From contig JAWMAR010000058.1 of the NCBI GenBank assembly GCA_036785375.1, positions 7,440,001 to 7,504,000 of the forward strand: DNA of 64,000 nucleotides. The letters run 5' to 3'. The notes under the pieces are model-generated. The model saw nothing but the letters and a program-made list of their open reading frames with translations, had not been told where the DNA came from and ran no database searches. The first letter of the stretch is position 1, and every line of letters starts with the position of its first letter. Of this stretch, positions 43,201-58,200 are shown one piece after another. A program made the translations under genes and the position numbers. The stretch comes from Leucoraja ocellata. Taxonomy: Eukaryota.

Positions 43201-46200
43201 AAGTGTAGATAGGACCTCGGCTCAACATTTCATCTGAAAGACTGCATGTCCCTTAATATTGCACCACATTACAGTGAAGAAGCCAATATAGATTGTCTTT
43301 GAAGTAGGGTGTGAATCTCAGATCTTTTGACTGAGCCAAGACTGGAAACTGAGCAAATCTTTCACCTTCTTGACCTGCACAATGAATTTGGCAACTGTCA
43401 TCAAAACTATTTTTATATAATGCTTTAAGGGGAAGCATACAAACTATTCCTTGGTGAGTGAAGCAGACCTGTTTGGTAGGATTAAATGAAGTTGGAGTTG
43501 AGAAGGCTCGCCTTGCGGGTTAACTCCAGCATGGATCACTTGCGCACATGGATTCCTGCTTTGTACATTTTTTAATTTAATTAGATGTTTGAGCTCTTGC
43601 TAGTCCGTCATGGTGGAAATGAGGGAAAAGAATCGTAAGCAAATCATTATGCAGGGATTGATGTGTTATTTTAATGTCTTTGTATTAGGCCCTTTGCAGT
43701 TTGCTTCGACGAGATGCTGCTATTAATTTCAAAACGAAAGGCAACAGTTTGGTTTCAGTGCTCACTTGTAATCTCCTCATGGCAGCCTACGAGGAAGATG
43801 AGAACTGGCCTGAAATCTTTGTCAAGGTATGGACAATTTGTTCAATGAACCACTGTTTTTGGTTTTGCGACGCAGTTCTATGTCATTTATTGTTTTATGT
43901 TCCATGCTTGTGAGTTTTTTAATCAACTGCATTCTGGCTGGCAGTCTTGGTTAAAATAGGACTACACTGTGTGTTAGTTTAATGCAGAGTCCGGGTTATG
44001 GACAAACTTTTTTGTGTTTCCAAATTGGTGCAATTTTGGGGGAATCCTGAGCATAATGGTATGCCTCACCACTGTACAATGAATCAAATTACTTTTCAAC
44101 AACATACTCTAAATGCTCAATTAATTCACCATACTATTGCCCATTTAACAAAAAACATTTCTACACCGCTTCATAGGTCTCGAATGTCTTAAAACACTGC
44201 ATCCAATAAAATCCTTTTTGCAAGTCACAGTTATAATAAAGTATACTGTAGGCAGTTTATGCATGCAGAGCTCCTCATAGATCAGCAATAAAATAAATGG
44301 CCTGTTTATCTGTATCCATGATGTTTGCTGAGAAGTAAAGAATGCTAAGGGCAAAGTAAAGAATTCTGTTGCTATGTGTCAAAGGTATTTTATTAGTCAC
44401 ATTCACATACACCCAGGTGTAGTGAAGTGAAATGCTTTTTGCCATTTTGCAGCACACAAAAAAAGAATACATAACACCAATAAGAGTCTTAAACACAAAG
44501 AACATTCCCCCACAATGGCTCCCACCATGAGGGAAGGCACAAAGTCCAGTCCCCAACCCCAGTTCACCCATAGTCGGGCCCATTGAGGCCTCCACAGTTG
44601 CCTCTGCGGAGGCCCGATGTTCCAGGCCGTTCTCGCCAGGTGATGTTGCTCCGGCGTCGGGAGAGTCCTCCCAGCGGCCTGGGAACCCTGGAACGGCCGC
44701 TTCCGCACTGGAGGCCGCGGCTTCCGAAGCCAACAAGGCCGCGCCGGTTGGAGCTCCACAACTGGCGAACTCATCTAGAGATCCCAGGCTCCCGGTGTAA
44801 AGTTCAGCGCCGCCGCCCGCAGCTGGTCGCTCCACAGACCCACAGCTCCGTGATGTTTATCCCGGCGGTCTTCAGCTCACCGGAGCTCCAGCGCGGCGAC
44901 CCGGGCAAGGCATCGCCAGCTACGCGATAGCGCTCCAGCGCTGTGCCGCTGCCGAAGCCGAGGTTCTGGGCGGTCCCCGACAGGAAACGCCACTCCAAGC
45001 CCGCTGGTAGGCCGCGAGGACGGGTCGAAGCTGCAGCCCGGAGAAAAGCTGCCTCTCCGACCAGGTAGGGACCCTGAAAGGTAGTTTCTCCCTCCCCCCC
45101 CCCCCCCCCCCCCCCCATAAAAAAGTCTAGACCTCCAAACAAAACACTTTAACCAACTAAAATAAAAAAATAAAAGATGAAGAGACAGACAGCTGCTGGC
45201 TGGGCAGCCGTGCACAGGACAGCGCCCCCTGTATGTCAAATAGTGCCATTGGATTTTGACTTCACCCGGTAGGGCAGATGGAGCCTTATTTAACATCCCT
45301 TCATAAGACATTACTCCAATAGCACTGTAGCACTTTTGCTTATTAACCATAAGGTAGACACAAAATGGGGGAGTAACTGAGGAAGGGTCTTAGATATAAT
45401 AGATATAATTTATTGCCACACAACCAGGGTCGGTGGAATTTGGGTTGTCAGCAGCAGTACAATAATAAAGAACACACAACCACAATAAAACTGTAACAAC
45501 GATCCTTGATGTTAGGCCACGGGGAAGGCGACCTGGAAAAACTCGCCTCTCCATGGAGGAGGCGACCGAAGCGGTTTCCCCCTTACCCCCCCCACACCAC
45601 CCCCACACAAAACACACGAAGGGACATTAAATACAAACTTTGAAACATACTAAAAAAATTTAAATAGGTTGAAAAAACTGACGCGCTGCTGACATGGCTG
45701 CTGCCAGAGCAGCGCCCCCTAGAATCTTGACCCGAAATGTCACCCATTCCTTCTCTCCAGAGATGCTTCCTGTCCTGCTGAGTTACTCCAGGATTTTGTG
45801 TCTATCTTTGATTTAAACCAGCATCTGCAGTTCTTTCCTACTGCTTATTAACCATATTGCTTCTTGCAATGCAATGAAACGTTTAATAATATGTCACTTG
45901 TATTATGGTATATCATCCTTCTGTTATATTAATTTCAGTTAGCTGTTTTCACCCAAATGGGTTTATAATTGACTCATGAAAGTGGTGATTAGATGAACTA
46001 CATGAGTTCTTTCACTGCAACCTATTTATTGAAATCAACATTACAAACTTCTTCCCTTCAGGTGTATATTGAGGACTCCCTCGGTGAACGTATCTGGGTG
46101 GACAGTCACCAATGCAAGACTTTTGTTGAGAATATTCAGACCGCTTTTAACACAAAGGTGTCTCCGAAAAGTATGTTGCTGCAAGCGGATGGAGGCAGGA

Positions 46201-49200
46201 TTGGCAGTGACCTCAGCGCAGGTGAGAATTCCAGTTCCTTAAATGCAGTTTTCCTGTAAGCTTCAAATTAAACTTCTCATGTTCTCAACATTCTTTGGTT
46301 AGATATTTTACTTCTGCCTTTGCACCATTTGCGGTGCTTTGCTTGCTATTGGCAATTCCATGGGTAATGTTCGGATGTTCCTTTCAAGTGGCTGCTCTTC
46401 ACACTTGATGGGGTTTACTGGATTATCCAATACCGTTGTGGGAAGCATATGGAGCCCAAGAAAATCCTAGATATTCCCGATATCAAAGACTGCATATTTC
46501 CTTTTGGACATCAATACTCTGGTTGAGATTGGTTATCTAGAGCATTAATTGGAGAATGAGGCAAACTATGCAGTACAAACGCACTCTAGGCAGTTAGGCA
46601 GCACGTCCTTTATTTCTTTCTCACTATTAAATTCATTTCCTGAAATGGACCTGTGATATTTCTTCTGGTGGGAAGTTCTTCATTCTCTCTGCTCTCTTGG
46701 TAGAAGAATTGCTACTGAATTGACTGTTAATGATAGCTTTGTAATATGATCTCTAAAGTTGTGCTTTTTATAGTGGTTTTTCTTCTGTTGATTCTCTGCA
46801 GGCGGGAGCCCACATCCATCCACACCAGACGATGACGATAATCAGGCCGAGCTGCTTATTGCAGAAGAGAAAATGAGCCCAGATGTAGAGGCAGGTCAAG
46901 TGATGCCAAGGTGAGAGCCCATTGCATTATTCCAATCACAGGCCATGGACATTTTGGATAGTTAGAAAGAGAAATATTTTAACTGCACTGTGGTATGATA
47001 TTGAGGAATATGGTGAGTCGTTTTAATTAACATAACATAACTTTGGGCCTTTGATAGATACTCATAAATAGTAGGCCATTGCTTTAGAGTTGTGCAGGTG
47101 AGGAGTGTACGTGGGGGGGGGTTGTTGAGAGAAGGGCCCCTTTGGCTATTTTCCCCATTTGTGGCCGTTGGATAAGTAGCTGTAAATCAGATATGCTGAG
47201 AGAAAAGTGAAAGTTATCTGACGTTTATGAAGTTATATTCTGCAGCAGTTTTCAAAAACAATCTGATTCTTTCTCTAGGTATGAGGACTTGGCTGAGAGT
47301 GTGGAAGATTATGTAATCGACATGCTTCGTGACCAGCTCAACCGGCGACAGCCCATGGATAATGTCTCGCGGAACCTGCTGCGGTTGCTCACGGCCACCT
47401 GCGGTTACAAGGAGGTTCGCCTGATGGCTGTTCAACGGCTGGAGATGTGGCTGCAGAACCCAAAGGTGGGACCACATGGAGCATCACAAACTAAAGGTCG
47501 AGAGGTTGCAGTTGATGTGAAGCTAAAAGGAATTCAATTTAACTGGCATTTTAGAACAGGATGAAAATTTCCATCTTTTCCAATTCCTGTTCTTGCACTG
47601 GAACCTTTTTTTCCTTTACTGAGGAAGTTTTTGTAATAAATATGCTTTGTATATAGTTGATACAACTCCAGATTTGACTTCTATACAGCATAAAAACATC
47701 CAGCTTCCCTTCCAGACACTGGTGTTTGCAGACCTCCTTTAGTACTCTTTCCCTCTTTTTCCAAATTAGCATCGTCTGTCTTTCTGTACAAAAGCTACAT
47801 TTGACCTCCTTTGACCTTGCAAACAAGCATCCTTTTCTTACCTTGTCTTTACAGTGTTCTTGAATATGTTGTGGTCTTCCAAATACACTTTTTGTGCAAC
47901 TCATTTGAATCTACGTGTGAGATTTTTAACCTTGCCACTGTGGCTAGATGACTTGGATTAAAATAAGTAATAACACCCCAGTGACTCTGCCAAAAGGGTG
48001 ATGTGCCCTTTCCTATTCTTCCAGATGTAGGCTTGTGATACTTTCCTTCTACCACTGCCCATAATTATTGACTATACTGCTGCTTCAAAGTTATCTAACT
48101 GCATGTCTGAAGGAGCATTGATTGAGAAAAAGTTCCAGCATTGTGAAGAATGAAAGCTTGCTTATCGTTCCTATCGTAATCTCAGAGGCTAAAGAATAGA
48201 CTTTTCCTAGCTGTGATCAGAGATATTTTTAACCGTGGTGCCATCTAGGCCAACATGAACATGATGGGCGGAGGGTCACTTTCTGAATCATAATTGAATA
48301 AGCTTCCATATTTTCATCCCCAGGATGAACTTTGAATCATACTGTGCCATAGTTAGCTGCCTGTTTCCACCTCATGTGTTGCCTGAATCCTCACCTGTTT
48401 CAACTCTTCTATTGCAGAAACTCACATCCAAGTCTTTTCTTTGGACTTGGATATTGGTGTATTCCTGAATGTTCTTGCCCAGTTATGCGCTGTGAAGTGA
48501 TTGTTCACTGTGTAAGTGATTGTGACAAAGAGAGACTGTGGACATTCAGGCCACCCACTAGTGTATTGATAGAGATGTATAAGGTAGCTAAAGATTCTAG
48601 CAATAGCAATGAGGTTGAAACAGGTGGACTTAGCAATGGCACGGTATGATCCAAAGTTCATTTCGGAGTTCTAAAAATGTAGAATCATATTCGACTATAA
48701 GTTCATAAATGGTAGGAGCAGAATTAGCAATGAATTCCACAGATTCACCACCCTCTAACTAAAGAAATTCTTCCTCTCCTTCTTAAAGGAACGTCCTTTT
48801 ATTCTGAGGCCATGACTATGACACATCCACTTGTACATTTATCCATTACCCATGTGTTTGTTGACCTATATTTGCGCCTGATAGGCAACACCCAGGGCAG
48901 CACAGTGGCACAATGGTAGAGTTGCTGCCTTATAGTGCTTGCAGCACTGGAGACCTGGGTTTGATCCTGACTACGGGTGCAGTTTGTACGTTCTCCCCGC
49001 GACCATGTGGGTTTTCGCCGAGATCTTCGGTTTTCTCCCACACTCCAAAGATGTACAGATGTGTGGATAAATTGGCTAGGTAAATGTAAAAATTGTCCCG
49101 TGTGTGTATGATAGCTGGTCGGCGTGGACTCGGTGGGCTGTTTTTCCGCGCTGTATCTCTAAAACTAAAACTAAACTAAAACTTTTATTTACAATTTCCC

Positions 49201-52200
49201 CGCTGTTCCCTGTCTGGAACAGAGAGGAATTCATCCTTATAGTCCCCCAGGATTTCTGTTTTGATCCATTTCTGGCCTTTTGTTAACAGTTTTGTTTTGT
49301 GTCTGTCCGTTAGCTGACCCGTCCCGCTCAGGACCTGCTGATGTCGGTCTGCACCAACTGCTCTTCACATGGAACAGAGGACATGGAAGTTATGTCGAAT
49401 CTCATCAAAATCCGCCTGAAGCCCAAGGTTTTGCTGAACCATTACATGCTATGCATAAAGTGAGTACCAGAATTGCAGGGTATCCTGTAAATATGTTACA
49501 GAGAGCCTTTGAAACCAATCATCTACAGAGGTCAAGAAAATGAATCCATGTCAATGAAGCTAGACATTCATAAAATGTTCTTCAAACTAAGGAGGTATAA
49601 ATTCAGCTGAGAAAACTGAAGAACTTCAACATCTTGAAAGTGCTTGGAATGCTTCCACAGTGGGTAATTGAAGTGATGGTTTTAAAGGAAGTTTTTAAAT
49701 CCACCTATATTTTGTATCATATAATTGCATAGAATTTGGCTACGTGCAATTTAGTCAGGAGAATGATAGAACAGATTATGATCAAGGTTGTGCTGTAGCA
49801 CAGCATCTCAGTCTGTCAACATACACACAATTCTCCAAGCAACAATGTCTAATGATTAAGTTTCAATTACATGCTACTTACTTCATGAAGATGCTTGGTC
49901 ACTCAAGCTTGGTCTTGTATGTCCATGTCCATTTGTCACAATCACTTACTTTTCTCATAACTGGACAAGGACATTCTGGAATGCACTAATAAGGCTTGGA
50001 TGGGAGTTTCAGCCGTAAATGAGTTAAGGCAGGTGACAATTCAAGTAACAAATGAGGTGGAAACAAGAACAATGAAACCATGCTTTTAGACTGCCTGTTT
50101 CCAACATATCTTGGGTTCACACCATCTCTAGCCAACAATCGAATATCAGGGAACCTCTTTGCCAGAGGTCATCTGTCGCTGGCTTTGATTTGCTCTGTCT
50201 TTTTCTCATCAGTTTTTTCTTTCCCACCCCCCCACCCCAACTACAATCAGTCAAAGGAAGAGTCCTAATCTGAAACGTCACCTATCCATTTTCTCCAGTG
50301 ATGCTGTCTGACTCGCTGAATTACTGCAGCATTTTGTGTCTATGTTTGATTGTAGTTACATTGGTTTTGGCTCAAATTTTCATTTTCTACCCGGGCAGGT
50401 CACCAAATCAGATAATCGCAACCAATCTGTACTCCATCATTACAGGTCCAACTTGAACTCGCCCCACCAAAGATCAATCCCAATAGAAGTTCAGGCCAGC
50501 CTCTCGTGTGGATCATCAGTTTCCAGAAAATCGTGTTCAACCTGTTCTGTATAATTGCTTCACTGTAAAACTTTTCTCCTTCCTTTTGGTATTAGGGAAT
50601 TGCTGAATGCCCACCGTGATAACCTGGGAACACTGGTGAAGCTTGTAATTTTCAATGAGCTGTCCAATGCACGGAATCCAAACAACATGCAGGTCCTCTA
50701 CACAGTGCTGCAGCACAACTCTGAACTGGCCCCCAAGGTGAGCTCTCACGTACCTAGGTTACCCACAAGCAGTCCAATGGTTCTGGTGTCATGCAAGAAG
50801 TTAAATTGAGCTATTTTGTTAATTTGTTCATGGGAAGATCATAGCGGATACTTGTGCAGTGTGCAATTCATTTAAGAAGATAACATTTGGAGGAAAAGGA
50901 GTCATTAATGGCCTGAGTTTTGCTTTGTATTTCAAAAGGCACTCTCTATCAAAATGAAAAATTAAGCTGCCTTGTACAAAGTAAGCATGAGGCCACTTTT
51001 TTTCCTTAAGGTTTTCCCTACCAGAACTACAAAGATTGAGTCTTTCTTGCGCACAGTTTTCCCAGTAAGGCAGAACAAGTCCTGCCCAAAAGTCCTTTAA
51101 CAGTCAGCCATTTGCCCCTGACTCAGATGGTTGCCAAACGGTATCTGCAAGAACTAACTTCCACAAGTTAGCACAGCCCTGATGGACTTCATGAGGAGCA
51201 CAGGCAACAGGTCATAAGATGTCAGCCTAGGTTGTGCCAGGACTGGACTTATCATAAGAGAGAGGAATAGAATTAAGCCATTCGGCCCATCAAGTCTATT
51301 CCGCCATTCAATCATGGCTGATCTATCTCTATCTCCTAACCCCATGATCTCCGACACCCGTACTAATCAAGAATCTATCTATCTCTGCCTTAAATATATC
51401 CACTGACTTTGCCTCCACAGCTGTCTGTCAAAGAATTTCACAGATTCACTACCTTCTGACAAAAGAAATTCCTGCTTATCTCCTTCCTAAAAGAACGTCC
51501 TTTAATTCGGAGGCTCTGACCTCTAGTCCTAGACTCTCCCATTAGTGGAAATATCCTCTCCACATGCATTCTCTTCAAGTCTTGGGAGGAAACACAGTGA
51601 ATTCCAGCATTAGTAATGGGAAGGGAATTGAAAGCTCTCATTGAAAGCAAAGACAACATTTTGCCTGCTTGATCTTCTGCTGGCAGATACAACAAAAACA
51701 GCCTGCCCTTTATTTTTGAAATACAATGTTGGAAACTCTGCCAGTCAGCTCGGCCAACTCTGTCAGTTCTCCAGCACTTTGATTGTGTCCCCTGATTACC
51801 TTTAAATCCCAAATTTACACTTTTTTTGGTTTTGTTTAGAGAAACAGCACAGAAAAAGGCCCTTTGGCCCACCGAGTCCACACCAAACAGCGATCCCCTC
51901 ACACTATCCTATACACACCAGGGGCAATTTACACCAAGCCAATTAACCTACAAACCAGTACGTCTTTAGAGTGTGGGAGGAAACCGAAGATCTCGGAGAA
52001 AACCCATGCAGGTCACGGGGAGAAAACCCACCCAAGTCTCTGGCGCTGTAAGGCAGCAACTCTACCGCTGCACCACCGTGGCTGCGTGGCCGCCCACTTA
52101 TTTCAATGTTACTCACTGACTAACCATTTATATTTCCCCGAGATGGAGAATCCCAAAGGTTCACGGGGCGCTTGGTGAACACATTTTCTTTCCACTCAGC

Positions 52201-55200
52201 CCTAAATGGCTGTCCACCTTTCACGTGGACCTATGGCCATCATATCTACCTTGTCAGCCTCAGGCAGTCGCCAGTCAATTCAGTCAATGTAGTGAAGGAC
52301 AATCCCCTCATTACTGGTATCAGTCTTGCAATCGGCTTCCAACATATTTTACTACAGAAATTAAAGCTCTTAGTACATCCAAAATATGTAAGGTACTCTC
52401 CATGGTTAGACATTTGGAGTTAAGTCAAATAGCATGGATAAATAGCACGGACAGCAAGCCAAATCAGGAAAAAGGAATGGATGTTCTGATAAGGTTCTGA
52501 TGAAGGAGGATAATGGGCCTGACCATGTCTTTCTTTAGGTACATATCATTCACACAGCCAGTAAAGGGTTTAAATAGTCTGTTTGGATGTATATCCATTT
52601 TTTTCCTGTCCAAAGTAGATTGAGGATTATATAACCACCTTTTGCTAAATTTACTTTAATGATGACAGTTCAGAAGTTAACGTTTGCACCTACTTAATCC
52701 CAAAATTGGCGAGTGCATTAAATCACCTGGAGTTTGAGTAATTCATGACTGGTTACATGTTAGTTGACGGCAGTTTATGTTTTTCACTGTGGTTTTTTTT
52801 TTTCTGTAGCTATGTATATTATTCTTTGACTCACTTGCACTATATTTTCTCAGTATCTAGCTATGGTGTTCCAGGATTTGCTCACCAATAAAGATGATTA
52901 CCTTCGAGCATCTCGAGCTTTGCTGCGGGAAATTATTAAACAAACCAAACATGAGATCAACTTTCCCTCCTTCTGCCTGGGCCTGATGCAGGAGCGGAAG
53001 GAGCAAACATACCTAGATATGGAATTTAAGGTGCGTGCTGGTACTTAAGTGTGCAAAAAATCATTTATAGTCAAATGGAGCTAACAGAGGTGGCCTGTTT
53101 TATGAGATCAATATAAGCAGATTCATTAGGTTATTTTAGTTTTCCTTCTTTGCAACACTGCAATTGTTGCCATCTTCTCCTTGTAGCATTGCTTCAGTAT
53201 CTTCTTGTGTTAGCCAAGATGGTGGTTTACCAGGTTGATCAATGTTATTGTGGAAACACATACACGACCAGTCCTGATTCCTTCCGTTAGTTGGGACAAC
53301 TTGGATTGCAATCGTACTCGAAAGCTAGTCCTGCTAAGATCCATTAACTTGAGCACTGTCTATGCATTATCCAATTGCCCTGTATACGTCTATGGTTAGT
53401 AGAACTGTGTTAGATTTTCACAGAATTACCAACTTGTTCATGCGAGTGCATTTGCTCCACACAAACCCCTTGCCCTATTCCAACATAAATGTTATTCCTT
53501 TGTCTTTTTTTCCAACTTCCTCTTGAATACACATTGGCTATTCAGCTTAACTCTTACATGTGAGACCAAGTATTGCATGTGTGACTCTTCTTAAATAAAT
53601 AATTTTGTGTTGCAGTTATTAGGGACTCCTCTTGTTTTGGAATCATTCATAGTTCTCTATCCTATCAAAGCACAATCGGAGAGACCTGCACCTAACTCAG
53701 TGTTCTGCCACTGAACTGTTCTTCGCTTGTCAGATATCAGACTTTGTGCTCTCCTCTTGCAAAAGACATAAAATATATGCAGTAATCTGCAGATTGACAT
53801 AGTTGGATTCCAGTGTTTACATATGACATTACCACTCCGGGCTATAAGTTCCCAACTGAGCTTTTTGAAAAATATTGCTTTTAATATTTTGTTTATTGAC
53901 AGTTTTTTTGCAGAAACTACTGCAAATTGTGGTTGAAAACTTTGCAGCAGTGATCAGAGTAAGCTTGGTCAGAAGTTCATGGTTTGATTCAGATCAGAAG
54001 CATTGTGTAGGGAGGGGGTACAAAGCTGGGTTGTTTGACCCGATCAGCAATGGCATAGTGGGTGACCAAAAGAATGGCAGAAAGATTCAGCAATAGCTTG
54101 CTTGTCACAGTTCATGAATTGATATAATCATATTGGACTGATAGTTCTAGAATCAATGGCAGATTTTGTCAGCACATTGCCATATCTTTCTTGAGCTCAT
54201 TTTACAGCCCAGCAGTGTAGAATGAGGAATAATGAAATTGGGAGAAATTTTCTGAAACTGTTGAATGCCAGAAAAAATCAGTTCAATTATCAGTCCATTC
54301 TCTATCGACCAATCTGAAAGGACAACAAGCTAAATGGATGGTGTTAGCTGGAATTGTAACTTGCTTTCTTGGTTCTGCAGGAGCGCTTTGTGATCCAGGT
54401 GACAGACCTACTGACCCTGTCAATGATGCTGGGGATTACAGCACAAGTAAAGGAAGCAGGGCTTGCATGGGACAAAGGCGAGAAAAAGAGTAAGTACAAA
54501 GACTTGGGGAATAGTGGGCTGGAAATGTGCAAGTGAATGTCTTCTACATTCTATATAATGCATAAATCAATAATAGTTAGATAAAGTGATAGTAACTGTG
54601 ATATTCCACTGCAGAATTATAACAAATTTGTCCCTTTAAAAAAATACCACTTGTCCTAATTTGCAGTTTCCAGCACAAAATACGGCTTTACAGATGAATC
54701 TTGTCCCTATCAACCTTCTGCTGAGGCTGCTCTGATCTATCAACACTATGTTCCTGGGCTTCTAGTTCCCACTGTTTACCTTTATGCTTCGGGCCAACCC
54801 TGTATATTGGATCTGCTTGGGTCCATTGTTGCTCTGCTCCTTGGCCTCTTGTCCCCATTCGTTAACTTCCCATTTTTGTGCTGGGCCTGTGTCCTCTCGA
54901 CCTGCTTGATCCATCATTGCTCTAGATGATTTAAAATGCAGCCACTGTTGTATATAGGAAACACACAGCCAACCTTGCCACAATGAGACGCAGCATGCAA
55001 CAATGGGAAAGCAAAAGCATGTCATTTGTTTTATTGTTATTGGATTAAAATACTTTGAAATATTTCTGAGTACTGACTTTAAAGCTTTAAATTAAAATGG
55101 GTCATGGTAAAATCTAACTCCATCAAAAAAGAGTTGAACATTAAATGAGCATTTATCAACCTGGTTGTTGAACCCTGACAGCATAACTCATGAAGTCCTG

Positions 55201-58200
55201 GGAAATAGCAATTCTCAAGTCTGTTTGCAATTCTCAATTCTGTTTTTAAATAACTAGAACAAATTTACTTTCCAACTTCATCAGAGCTCAACTTTGTACT
55301 TCAGCACCTAATCTAGTTTGCTGCTGTGGATGGGATTAGTTTAGATTGGCATCACAGTCAAATCATTCATGATGGGTATTTTCCTGTGCTGTATTGTTCC
55401 CAGTTCAAAGATTCTAATATTACTGTTTTGAAGAGCCTTGGAGTTTTCCCTGGAGTCCTGGTGAATATTTATCAGTCATCCAAATCACTAAAATAGGTGA
55501 AAATCAAAAAAAAGTGTAGATGCTGGAAATCTGAAATAAAAATGGTAAAGGCTGGAATCGGATAGCATCTGTGGGTAGATAAAGAGTTAACGTTACAAAG
55601 CATCTACGGATAGATAACGTTACAAAGAGATAACCATGGTTGTGATTAATGGTCCGCGACCTGAAACGTTAACTCTGTATCTCTTTTCCCTGAGGATGCC
55701 TGAACTGCTGAATATTTCCTGCATCTTCTCTTGTCATTTCCCAAAAAATGATTAACTGGACTTTATCACATTTCTGGTTGTGTGGGAAATTAAGAGCAAT
55801 TTGTCAGTTTAATAAATTGGAAGAACTAATTTTCAAACAATATTCCATTGGCTGTCACATGTTTTGGGCATTTTAAGATTATTATGGATGTTATATATTT
55901 TTTGATTCTTTAAATCGGTTTGTAATGAGATTGAGATAGACATGGATTAATGTGAACAAGACCTTAAATAGGCCTTCAAGGTTCCACAAAATTACAGAGG
56001 TGAAAAGCTTAGATGCTTATGTTTACAGCTGCATTAATACATCTTTAAACAAAGCAGGCTGTATTATTCAGAATGTTTTGCTTATTAAAATTGTTTGGTC
56101 CCCAGATAGCAGTGTGTGATTAACATCCATTAAATTGTGTGTTCCTCTGTGGCAAGCAATGTTGAGAACTCTATTAATACAATAAATGAAAATCATACTA
56201 CTGCCAGAAGCAGATTTAGAATGGGGAGCAATGATCAACACTTTTGTATATTATATTATGCTCAGCTAACACAGAGCTGCATGTCGCTTGTTACCTGTCA
56301 GTATTCTTCATTTGCTTTTACTTTTGATATTCTCGCTCATTTTATGGCTGTTGCATCACAGTGCACCCATGCCAGAGGACATTTTAAATCTGGCCAGTTT
56401 AATGAGGAGCTTCCTGTTACTGCAATGTAGCAATATGGAACAGAGTTATACAGACCCAGAAATTCTCCAAAACATGTGGGTTGACGTTCAGCTGATTAGG
56501 ACACCAACATCAAAGATTGGGTGTTTTATGTTCACTTTGCCTGCATGGATAAATACTGATGAGAAGTTTTGTGTTAGTCTGTGCTGTAATCCAGGGATGT
56601 TTCAAGGTCAGTTTATTGTCGCATGTACCAGTTAAGGTACAGTGAAATTTGAGTTGCCATACTAAGTGAAAAGCAACAAGACACACAGCCACATAAAAGT
56701 TAACATAAACATCCACCACAGTGGATTCCTCACTGTGATGGAAGGCAATAAAGTTCAATATATTCTTATATTCTTAAAATGTTTTGACAAATAATTGTGG
56801 AAGTGTGAAATATATTTATCTTTTTTCTCTGCATTTTTTTCTCCTCACCATTATGAACCAAAGACCTGGAAGGGCTGCGTGCATTTCAGACTCAGATTGC
56901 AACCATCCAGCGAGATACTGTGTGGTGGCTGCACACTGTGGTGCCAACCGTTTGCAAACTGAATCCCAAGGATTACATCCACTGGTAGGTGCCCTTTCTG
57001 GCTGACTTGAGAGGAAAATAATCTTCTTTGGACATCAGTGGTAAATGTTTGCTGAGGATCAGTAGGTTGGTTGCACTAATTTTACGTATTTAGTGCTATT
57101 GTCCTTTTATTTGGAATTGAATGTGCAATTGTCAGTGTGATCAATAGTTAATTTGCACACATCCTTCAGAACCAGCAACCAAAGATAATTCTTCCCTAAC
57201 TGGACATATTGGTAGATTTTTCTAGTGTAATACATATTAAATGAAACATATCCTAAACAGAGTGAAATGATTTTAGCCAGGTGGAAATTTAGAGCAGGGA
57301 GGAGGAGGAGGAAGTGCTGTACTTGTCTCAATATTACTTGTGCTTTCTATAAACTTGTGAAGTTAGTTGTTAATGTTTGTGTCCAGTACTGTCAGTGTTT
57401 AATATAAATCAGTGTGTTTAATTTGAAGAGCAGTGTTATAAAGGACTATACGTAAAATATAATTGCTATTTATGGCAGTGCAGCTGGTGGGTCTGTAGTG
57501 TAGAACAAGACAGTTAATGAAGAGTGGGATAGCCGTTAATGAAAATTTCAACTCAAAATGTTTCCGTGTCGAATCTCTGTGGTTTAAAGTCATTGATCAA
57601 GAATTAAAGTTGGACACGATGGAAGTCGGAAGAATACCTGGACAGTTTTCAGCAAGCTTCAGTTACACCTTGTGGAGAGGCCCAGCATCACGATGGTTTG
57701 GTGTGAAAGCATATAGAGATAGGAACCAAAATATGATAGAAAATGAAGATATTCAGAAACATTCTATTCAACAGATGTAATGATTTAATTACGAGAAAAA
57801 TAATGAATGCTGTTGGAAGCTAGACTATTTACCGTGACACCTTGGAGTGGGACGTTTTCTCTGAAGTATGGGAAGGACGAAAAATATTGCAATGGTCAGG
57901 GAATTTCATAATTATGGGATACATATTCTCCCCTGTGATACCTTTCCTACTTGATGCCTGGATGAAGCTCATCACCAAGTGACAATGAGAAATGAAGCGG
58001 AAAGGGAAGGATCCATTCATGTAAAATGTTGGAATTATCTCTATGAGGTGTAGACCGTATACGGACAATTCCAGGTATAAGAGCTAAATTTAAGAACGGG
58101 ATCTCAGAAGCGTATTGTGTAATTATTATTAATTTGAAGTATTAAACGTTTTGGAACACATGACAGGAAAGATAATTAAATTTAAGACTAGGAGAATCCA

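Noticed and set aside
44275-45350. Cluster of overlapping 110-190 aa ORFs (also 23169-23711)
   Set aside because: Stop-poor GC-rich repeat bodies open on several frames and both strands; no RT, endonuclease or other motifs.
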